Part shown: piece by piece, positions 38,758-48,000 of the stretch | Layout: each line of letters begins with the position of its first letter | How positions within the stretch are numbered: the stretch's first letter is position 1 | Assembly: GCA_045597865.1 (NCBI GenBank) | Contig: JAZLKX010000052.1 | Location: 192,001-256,000, forward strand | Direction: 5' to 3' | From: Bacilli bacterium | GTDB lineage: Bacteria > Bacillota_I > Bacilli_A > RFN20 > CAG-826 | Length of the DNA: 64,000 nt | The notes under the pieces: generated by a model | What the model saw: only the letters and a program-made list of their open reading frames with translations | Told to the model about the DNA's origin: nothing | Databases searched by the model: none | Program-made: the position numbers and the translations under genes

Positions 38758-39558
38758 ATGTTTAGTTATTCTGAGATTTTCAATATACAAAAGACAACAT
38801 TGCCTATCAATGCGAAAGAGCTTTCAGGCATTCTTTCACAAAAATCATTCATGGGCTTTGTTCAGTGTCCGTATAACCGTTTAATTGATACGCTTGAAGA
38901 TATCTGTAAAGCTGATACTTACAAGGTATCTATCAACCCAAATGCTATGTATCAGAATGGCGCGAATCCGTTTCATCAAGCAGACTGCGTTATTCAGGTT
39001 GAAGGCTTGAGAAGCTTTGATGAATTTGTGAATAAAGTTGTTAGCACTGAAGATGCTAAAGAATGGACTGACTTCATGACCTATTCTGAAACATTCAAGG
39101 ACGAAGTTCGTGTATTAAAGACGCAGGTCATCCATAAGTACCTTTGGAATGTACAGAACATCAATAATTGGTTTGAGACAACCGGAACTGCATTGCCAAC
39201 AACTCGTCGTAATGAGCTGATTTCGTCATGGGAAGAGTTTAAGAAATCAGTGCTGTTAAGCACCGATCTGTACGGTTTCATTGATGCATGCGACGAAGGA
39301 TCATTGCAGCAAGCAGTCAAATCGCTTAATAAGAACATCATCGCGAAACTGCAAAAGTATCGCCCTGAACTTGATAGACATGTTCAGAATAATACAAAAC
39401 GCGAAACTGACATAACTGTTAAGAACCCGATTGTGAATCGTATTTTCATTGTCTCTAACTATGCTAATCAATGTCAAAAAGATTGGCCGGCTATTAAGTT
39501 TACCAGGCTTGACCGTCGCAGTATGGACGCTATTAGCTTGTGGCAGGGAGTTAAGTAA
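38758..39558 (+). CDS. Hypothetical late protein
   Basis: ORF after a late promoter; probable ATG 38758. Confidence 0.7.
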   Translation: MFSYSEIFNIQKTTLPINAKELSGILSQKSFMGFVQCPYNRLIDTLEDICKADTYKVSINPNAMYQNGANPFHQADCVIQVEGLRSFDEFVNKVVSTEDAKEWTDFMTYSETFKDEVRVLKTQVIHKYLWNVQNINNWFETTGTALPTTRRNELISSWEEFKKSVLLSTDLYGFIDACDEGSLQQAVKSLNKNIIAKLQKYRPELDRHVQNNTKRETDITVKNPIVNRIFIVSNYANQCQKDWPAIKFTRLDRRSMDAISLWQGVK

Positions 39559-42461
39559 TGATTAAGAATAGTGAATTTGACTTTTCATATGACTATCTTA
39601 GATTTGACACAACTTGGTTATTTGAATGGGATGTCCAGAATATCACTGACAATACCATTAAGTTTTATCCGTTCTCGGAACAGGGTAATAGCCGTACTTG
39701 GAAATTTAACGGTGATAACACAGCAACCGTAAAACAGCATAATGAATTTGTTTGGGATCCGACAAATCCTGTTTTGGAATATGATGCTAATAATGTTGAT
39801 TCATGGGACGCTGCGCATCCGTTTAACACCACACGTTATCTTACCCCGGGTTCTTCATTCATTACATTAACTAACACCATTGAAACCGTTGTCATTGATA
39901 ACATTCCGCCGGCATTTGTATCAGACCGTGGCACAGAATATGTATGGATCTCAAATATAGCAGGCGGTAAAGCCAGCGAGCTACGTGAATACCGTTATTG
40001 TGAATACGTATTCAAAGACGAAGCTGGACTAGACTATAAACAGTTTGGCATTTTTATTGGCGAGCCGCCAGCCGCCGACAAAATTGAGGCGGCTCTAAAA
40101 CAGGATTCACCACCAAAATCGGATGATCCTATTTGGAAGAAGGGCGGCGATTTTGCTAATCTTGTTTATTTCTACAGCCGCCGTTATGACATGGCTTTAA
40201 TTAACACAAACCTCATTGAAGAAGGCTCATTAAAGATTTCATCTGATGGTTTTCACACATACAAAATCGCATTTAATCTATGCTGTGCTACCGATGAAGG
40301 AAACGATGAAAATCTAAATTTGCTAAATGATGAAGGTTTGCGTATTCGTGTTTATGACATTGCTGGTAACCATAATACATATTCATTTGGTCTGTTTGGA
40401 ACTGATAAAGTTAAAATGACAAGTGAAGAATGGGAAGCTTGGCATAAAGCACATCCGAATTCTATCATTCGTACATGGATCTTAATTGATTCTATCAGCG
40501 ACATTTCTGAACTTGATAAATGTGTAATTAAGTTCTATGACATTGAACCGCGAAACATGATTGTCAGCGAAAATGAACGCGGCTCCGTTTGGGTATCAAT
40601 TTATAATCCTAACCGTGAATTTTGGGTTCTTGATACAGTTGGCCAATTAAAGCTGCATACATCAATAGGTAACATCGACGGCAGTACTATTGATAAAACA
40701 AAGATGAAGACTGAAGGTATCATTAAGTTTAAGGTTATTAACATTGAACAGTATGGTGCCGTTGAAGTTGAAGCGTGGGTCAAAACCGGTAATAAGTTAT
40801 TTGATGATATGCTCATTACATCTACTTACGCTGAAGCAAGTCTTTCGCCGTGGATTGTTCAGGACGCTGATGGGCGTAAGTATGATATTAAGAAATATGT
40901 TCCAAACTATTTAAAGTCAACAGACTATTATCAGTTCATCGAGTTCTTTGAACTTTATCTTAATACTTTATACACAAACTTAACTAAAGGAACCAATATC
41001 TCAATTCTTGAAAAGATTGCTAAGATTAACGACTTTAATGATATTGACCGTATTGAACATGCTCTTGTATGGCATTATGCAAAAGCATTTGGTTCTGAGT
41101 ATGACATTGACTTACAGACGATGCTTGACTTAAATGTTGGTTTCTATAATGAAGGTTTCCTCAATAGCCGTAAAGAAGACGATGTTATTGATATTCTGAA
41201 ATACGCATTAAAGAACCTGCCGCTCTACAACCAAGTTAAGGGTTCAGAAAAAGGTATTGTCATGGCATTGAAAATGTTCTCATTCTCATGCCGTGTAATC
41301 AATTTGTGGGCTAAACTTAAACCTGAAGTTGAAGAAAATCCTGACTTTATGGAACAAGACCGTATGTTTGATTTTTCATCATACTTCTTGACATCTAGAT
41401 TTAACATTGAGCTAAATTCATTAACGGTTGATTTTCCGACCTTCAATGATAACATCTTTGCATTCATTAAATTTGTTAAGAGCATTAAACCAATTACACG
41501 CATACTTAACCTGATTAAGTATACTATCATTTTTGAATACGATTACTACTGGCTCGTGAACGATTACATTCATGATGATATGGATGGACACCGCGAGGGC
41601 TGTTATCGTTATGCCATTCAGTGGAATGAAGACGATATTGCTGAAATGATTGAACGTTCAAAAGTTAACTGGCATGTGATGCACGCTGATCGTATCTGGA
41701 TAAACTATAACTGTGCTAACTGTATCACAACGCCTATGGAACGAGACGATGCTACTGGTGAATTGTTGCCAGCGGCACCTGATGACAGTGACATGGCCGA
41801 TCCGCCTGATATGGTTTCGCTTTATAATTTGTTTGCATCATACATTGCTAACTCCAATGGAAAAATGGAATTTAAGTACTCCGACCCTAGCTTAACTATT
41901 AAAGAAAAGGTTAGAAGCTATACAAAAGCTGGTGTTTCTGCTGAAACCTATGAAGAATTTTGGCATATAGATGGTTCGCCTGTTCGCATAACATATCATA
42001 AAGATAACTATGACGGTAGCCATGAAACTCGTATCGTTGAAAGTAAGGAAAAATCAAATGCATTGACTTTCAAGAAACGTTTCAGCCTTGACCAGGTTGA
42101 CTGTGAAATGCTAGATACAGGTTTTTACATTTACCCCAAGACTGGTGAATTAGCTACATACTTAGCTGAATTTGTAAAGCCTACTTATTACGCTGATGAA
42201 ATTATAAAATCATTTGTTAAACAGCTAAGTACATGGACAGCTGAAACTAGGTATCGGCCGCTTAATAAATGGAATATCACAAAAGTGGAATTACAAGACG
42301 AAGCCGGTGACTATCATACTGTGATAGATGTATTAGCAGTTGGTGGTCCGACTAAAGTTGTTATGACGGAGCACAACATTGAGTCTAATCCAACAATGCA
42401 AATGATTATTGACCATGTGCCTGGAACTGAAATTTTCCGAGCAGTTCCTATTGATGGATAA
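39558..42461 (+). CDS. Baseplate wedge protein, gp7-like
   Basis: FIEFFELYL...DIDRIE...LPLYNQVKGSEKGI...SIKPI (wedge core resembling P2 gpI/T4 gp7). Confidence 0.7.
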   Translation: MIKNSEFDFSYDYLRFDTTWLFEWDVQNITDNTIKFYPFSEQGNSRTWKFNGDNTATVKQHNEFVWDPTNPVLEYDANNVDSWDAAHPFNTTRYLTPGSSFITLTNTIETVVIDNIPPAFVSDRGTEYVWISNIAGGKASELREYRYCEYVFKDEAGLDYKQFGIFIGEPPAADKIEAALKQDSPPKSDDPIWKKGGDFANLVYFYSRRYDMALINTNLIEEGSLKISSDGFHTYKIAFNLCCATDEGNDENLNLLNDEGLRIRVYDIAGNHNTYSFGLFGTDKVKMTSEEWEAWHKAHPNSIIRTWILIDSISDISELDKCVIKFYDIEPRNMIVSENERGSVWVSIYNPNREFWVLDTVGQLKLHTSIGNIDGSTIDKTKMKTEGIIKFKVINIEQYGAVEVEAWVKTGNKLFDDMLITSTYAEASLSPWIVQDADGRKYDIKKYVPNYLKSTDYYQFIEFFELYLNTLYTNLTKGTNISILEKIAKINDFNDIDRIEHALVWHYAKAFGSEYDIDLQTMLDLNVGFYNEGFLNSRKEDDVIDILKYALKNLPLYNQVKGSEKGIVMALKMFSFSCRVINLWAKLKPEVEENPDFMEQDRMFDFSSYFLTSRFNIELNSLTVDFPTFNDNIFAFIKFVKSIKPITRILNLIKYTIIFEYDYYWLVNDYIHDDMDGHREGCYRYAIQWNEDDIAEMIERSKVNWHVMHADRIWINYNCANCITTPMERDDATGELLPAAPDDSDMADPPDMVSLYNLFASYIANSNGKMEFKYSDPSLTIKEKVRSYTKAGVSAETYEEFWHIDGSPVRITYHKDNYDGSHETRIVESKEKSNALTFKKRFSLDQVDCEMLDTGFYIYPKTGELATYLAEFVKPTYYADEIIKSFVKQLSTWTAETRYRPLNKWNITKVELQDEAGDYHTVIDVLAVGGPTKVVMTEHNIESNPTMQMIIDHVPGTEIFRAVPIDG

Positions 42462-42481
42462 ATACAAAAAGGAATTTTTAT

Positions 42482-45031
42482 ATGGCCGCTTATAAAGAAA
42501 ACCAAAAAGAGTGCGTGATTACCCGTCACGGACAAGCAAACATCTACAAGCAGGGTAATGGTTTTAAATATGCAATTATTGGTTATGCACTTATCAAAGA
42601 TACTGGTAAGTGGCTGTATAATCAGTGCATGACTGCAGTTGGCGAAATTACTGCTGAAGAACTAATGGGTATTAACCCTGAAACACATGAACGTTATATT
42701 AACCCGCAGACCGGCCTGCCATATACTCAGGAAGAAGCTGAAATAGCTGCTGCTAAAGATGACGAATTTGATTTTAACCCGCTTCGTGAATTAACGCTCG
42801 ATGACATCAAGAAACACTGTAACATTATTTTTAGAGATGTTACTTATTCTTATGATGAAAACTTGTTTAGAGCCAATCTACAACAATATCAAACGGCACT
42901 TAATAATCCTGAGAAATATCTGTTCCCCGTAAATTTCAGCTACAATTATGATGAAGCTGATTTAGTTGATCTTGACGGTGACGGTAAAGCGAATGAATAT
43001 CAGAATGATGCTGAAAACACATACATTTCGTATGACGTTATTTTGGACCGTAAGTTAGTGAATGTCATCAATGTTACAGGCGACCAGACATTTGATGGTA
43101 TCATTTATTTAGCTCGTCCATACATGAATGAACCTCAGGATGATGGCCTTGATATTATTGACCCACAGGTACCTATCCTATTCGCAATTCAGTATTTTGC
43201 AGTTGACAAGCTAATGATTCTTAAAGATCAGAATGAACGCCTTGTTATGAACGTTGAAATGCATGTTGGATATGCAAGATATGAACAGGATGATGCCGGC
43301 AATTCAAAGTCAACTGATAACGTTGTGACTATCAATGGAAAGATGCCTGCACCATACAATGAGAACGGCTGGGTACAAGGCATTCATTTAGCAAATGATG
43401 GTTCATCTAATACAATCGTTAAAGATGCTGAAGGCTATGAAACAACCAATAACCTATTCATTTCAACTTTAGGAAGCGAAGAGACACAGTCATTTGATAC
43501 ATTTGCTAAACTAAATATCATGTCACAAGCAAAAGGCAGTGTAAGTGAGTCAACGCCGCAGTTAATGTTCTCGCTTGTGAATGATAACTATAATAAGACA
43601 TGGAATGGTCAGCGCCTTGCATTCAATTACGCATCAGGCACAGCTGGTTCATTATTCCGCATTCATGAAATCAAGGGTATCGCAAAGAATCGTATTAACT
43701 TTGAACTTCTTGGTGTGAATAACATGTACCGCAATGTTAAGGGTGCATGGGGTAACTCATTTATCTATTCACAGAACAACGAAATCCCGCAGTCTGCGTA
43801 CAACAACTTCTTCATGAATTCTGATGGAAACGTAATGTATTCTCATCAGACCAATAACATGTCATTTATTGATTCTCACTACAATATAGTACAGTCCGGT
43901 CATGAAGCTTCTGGACGTTGGCCTGGTGTAAATAACATGACATTCTTTGGTACAAGCAATGCAGTGGTTACACCATTCTATTCAATTAAGTACTATAAAG
44001 GACGTAAAGGATATAAAGGCACTAAGGGAAGTAAGGGACGTGAGGTGATGATTCCTTATTCAGTCGGTGGTTATCTTTCCAACCACTTGTTGCTTGATTC
44101 TGACTACACATTCCTGAATGGTCATAACAACAGCGACTTCCATGCAACATACATTGCATCACCATCGGCAAAACACGTCTTTACTGAGTATTCACAACAC
44201 GACCTAGAATTAGGCAATATGCTTGGTTACACAAACAATAACAGCGGTAACCTAATCGCAATTGGCCGTGGTTTGAATTATACACACGGTAATGGCGATA
44301 AGATTATTTTAGGTCACTTTAATGAAAATGATGTTGACCCAGATAACGTTCTTATCGTTGGTGATGGATTCTTGTCACCTGAATACTTCGCAGATATTAG
44401 CGGCATGTTCAATGAAGCAAACAACAATAACCGCTTCTATGATGCATTCACTGGACGAGGTGATATGGTTAAATGGTATCGCCATAACTTGCTAACAGTT
44501 AACCGTAATGGTTGGATTGGTATATCCGATTATACTCACCCAGAAAACTCAGCAAGATACGGCTTTAGCGGTATCACCGCTTACAACGATGGCGCTACAT
44601 ATAATATTCCGTTCTCATCGGTATATGCTAAACTGAATGTTTATGACTCAATGAAGGAGTTCCAGGATATCATTGATGGTTACACAACTAAAGTTCGTTC
44701 AATCGTTAACACAATGCCAACAAACAAGAGCATTGTAATTTCTGGCGAAACTGACCTTGAAAAATACTTCGGTAAATCTATATCGGAAATTCACTCTAAC
44801 TCAATTATCAACGTAACGTATCAGACTACCGCTACACGCACCGATAACGATTTCGTAACACGCATTAAAGCGCCGTACATGTACATCGGCACAGATCCTG
44901 ATGATAACAATAAGGTTCGTCTAATGAAATCATATGACTTTGTTAAGATCTCGGCCTACAACTCTCAACAGTATTTGTATTTGCGTGATACTGAGAATAA
45001 CCTTACTGGTTTCTTTAAGATAAATAATTAA
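42482..45031 (+). CDS. Tail fibre-like protein (paralogue A)
   Basis: Asn/Gly-rich beta repeats, ILGHFNE...LIVGDG (adhesin-head-like), KGRKGYKGTKGSKG. Confidence 0.6.
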   Translation: MAAYKENQKECVITRHGQANIYKQGNGFKYAIIGYALIKDTGKWLYNQCMTAVGEITAEELMGINPETHERYINPQTGLPYTQEEAEIAAAKDDEFDFNPLRELTLDDIKKHCNIIFRDVTYSYDENLFRANLQQYQTALNNPEKYLFPVNFSYNYDEADLVDLDGDGKANEYQNDAENTYISYDVILDRKLVNVINVTGDQTFDGIIYLARPYMNEPQDDGLDIIDPQVPILFAIQYFAVDKLMILKDQNERLVMNVEMHVGYARYEQDDAGNSKSTDNVVTINGKMPAPYNENGWVQGIHLANDGSSNTIVKDAEGYETTNNLFISTLGSEETQSFDTFAKLNIMSQAKGSVSESTPQLMFSLVNDNYNKTWNGQRLAFNYASGTAGSLFRIHEIKGIAKNRINFELLGVNNMYRNVKGAWGNSFIYSQNNEIPQSAYNNFFMNSDGNVMYSHQTNNMSFIDSHYNIVQSGHEASGRWPGVNNMTFFGTSNAVVTPFYSIKYYKGRKGYKGTKGSKGREVMIPYSVGGYLSNHLLLDSDYTFLNGHNNSDFHATYIASPSAKHVFTEYSQHDLELGNMLGYTNNNSGNLIAIGRGLNYTHGNGDKIILGHFNENDVDPDNVLIVGDGFLSPEYFADISGMFNEANNNNRFYDAFTGRGDMVKWYRHNLLTVNRNGWIGISDYTHPENSARYGFSGITAYNDGATYNIPFSSVYAKLNVYDSMKEFQDIIDGYTTKVRSIVNTMPTNKSIVISGETDLEKYFGKSISEIHSNSIINVTYQTTATRTDNDFVTRIKAPYMYIGTDPDDNNKVRLMKSYDFVKISAYNSQQYLYLRDTENNLTGFFKINN

Positions 45032-45036
45032 AGAGA

Positions 45037-48000
45037 TTGGAAAATATGAAGATTATTTTAACAGAAGATTTTAAGAATAGTACAATTCTCGCGGAGAAAG
45101 GCATTCGTTGCATTCTTCGCGGTTTTGCATTAGTAAATGATAGCCGACATTGGCTGCAAAAACTATATAACAGCGATTCATATAATTTTGAATCTATTAC
45201 GCTGGAAGATCTTCAGGAACACACAACATTGGTAACTGATGAAGACAAGCATGATCCTGATATCTTAAATAACTTGTTTGACATCACATATGAACCCTGT
45301 CTTGAACTTACAACGCCAGAGGACATGGAATGTCCTATGTGTAAAGGTACTGGCGAAGTTGATGGCCACGTATGTCCTAAATGTGAAGGTAAGAAAACTG
45401 TAAAAAGACAGAATGAAAAAGGAACCGTTCTTGGTGGTGAAAAGTTTGGCACTTATAAGATTCGTATTAACTCAATGCGAAACAATAAGTCAGAAAACGG
45501 CATTCAAGGCACATATCAGGCAATCGTTCTAATCGGTGAAAAATATACAGAAGATACAGTACACGTAATTACTACAAACAAATCTTACATTGGTATCATT
45601 CTGTACTTTGATAATGCAGATGCAACTGTAGCACAGGCTGCTGGTGTTCACGAGTCTGAAGACGGGTTAGTAATTGGACCTGATTCTGCATTTACGATTA
45701 ACTTCCAATTTTCATTATCTCAGATTCACATGGTTGATGATGAAACTGGTCCAACTATTGAACCAGAATACAATCTTATCATGAAGCATTCCTTCCAGAA
45801 GGACCAGACAACCACGCAGTTGAACATCCCTGGTATTTTCCTTGTGCCTTCAGGAAAAGAATACACAAACCGCGTAGACCTTGAAGATGGTCGTAAGATT
45901 GAACATCTTCAGATTGGTTATCTTGATAAGACATTCAACCTCATTCCAGATACTTATAAAAACAATAACATTTTCAATGTAACGCCGCGCTTTAACATTT
46001 TTGATGAACATAATGATAAGTTTGTTAAACCGCAGGTTATGCTATCATACGGCGTTAAACCCAATAAAAGTGATTTGTTTTCAAATCAGGCGGTCGCCAT
46101 TGAATATGATAAGAAATGGTTCTCGATGAACGAAAAGGCTCCGACCGGCAATTCTCGTTTTGATTTGTTCGGCGGCGCCACCAAAAAAGAAAATTCATCA
46201 TATAATGATGCTGACTTCTATAACACAACCGGTTATCTCCGTCTTGTGTCTGACCGCGGTTATCATTACTCAGGCAATAATCTGACTGAGGTTTTGTCAA
46301 ATGCAAACAGCGCAGGTATTTATGATGGCGCGCTGTATGTGTCAGATAATAACTGCATTGGTGCTTTAAATTCATCAGCTATAAAAACATTAGATTTACA
46401 TGCTATTGATACTGAAGGTATTACTGCCGACGGTATTAGTGGTGGCATGCTTATTGATAGCAACCGTTCAACTTTCGGTAATCTTTCCGGTCTTACTGCT
46501 ATTGGAACTCATAAAGCTTCTGCTTTTAATGAAAAATATGTTAGCAGCAATACATATAAGGATTCAGAAAATGATCCTTACTTCTGTAAGGCATGTAATG
46601 GCAAAGGCAAAATGATAAAAGCATGGGTCATCACGCATATTCGTTTTAACATAGATGACCCAATTGAATACTACACAAAGGATAATAAATGGCTAGAAAC
46701 TTTAGCCTATGAACCTGAAGTTAGAAAATTTGATACTAAAGAACATGCTGATGTTTTTATAAGTTTAAACTTTAGAGATGATGGCCGTGTTTATGCCGTT
46801 GAAGCTGATATGAATGGCATTACTTGTGAAACTTGTAATGGCGATGGACGCGTTGGTGCATACACATGGCCTGGCCGTTCAATGTTCTATGGTTTGAATA
46901 CATCGTCAGTTGACTTCTGTGGTTACAACAATACATTCATTGGACATAAAGGTTTGTTATCAAACTATGGTCATGACGCTATCATCTTCGGTAAACATAA
47001 TGCATGTGGTAACCGCGAATATGATATGTGTATTAAATGTTCAGGCGAAGGCCGTTTAACATGTGAAACCTGTAATGGTGCTGGTAAAATCATTGGCCAT
47101 CCTTTGGTTGAATGTTCGTGCTGCAATGGATTTGGCTATGTCAATTATAGCGCTTCATACTGTACATTATGTAATGGCGAAGGTTATGTAAACGGTGAAC
47201 TGTGCTACATGTGCAACAATACACGGTATGATTTGCCGGGTATTAATGAATCGTCATGCTCAGCGTTTATATCTGGATATGATGCCATTTATGATTGCCC
47301 AGTATGTTTAACAAAAACACAGATTCTTGATGAAAACACACTTCAACCAGTTGACTGTCCTGACTGTGATGGCTGCGGACGTGAGCCGTGCGTTATCTGT
47401 GCCGGCGCAGGATTTATTGAAGGCTATGAACATCCTCTCGCTACTTCTGCATGTCCAACGTGTTCTAATACATTGATAAAATGTGACTGGTGTAATGGCC
47501 AAGGCTATTATGGTAAATACATTAAATGCGAAACCTGTGATGGCACTGGCGTATTCAACGGCGAAAAATGCCCAGCATGCGACGGTCACGGATTCCTTAA
47601 CGATATCTGTAAGTATTGTAATGGCGACAAACAAGTATGTAAAACATGTGAAGGTTACGGCGATGTGACCTGTGATGTTTGTGAAGGAACATCAATAATT
47701 GACTGCCCTGAATGTAACTCACCTAGTTTGGTTAAATGCGATCTTTGTGAAGGTGAAGGTTATGTAGATGGCGAAACCTGTGCTCAATATGTTGGCGAAT
47801 ATAACGCAAAAACTTATGCCGACTGGGCTAAGACTATTGAAACTGAATCCGATGCTAATTGTCCGTTCTGTAATGGAACCGGCCTTGAACCGGCACATGC
47901 AATGATAAGATATTCATTAGCCGATAGTCGAGATCTTCCTTTATCAGATGAATACTATGCCTATCCAGAACCATCAGAAAAAACTACTAAGTACATCATT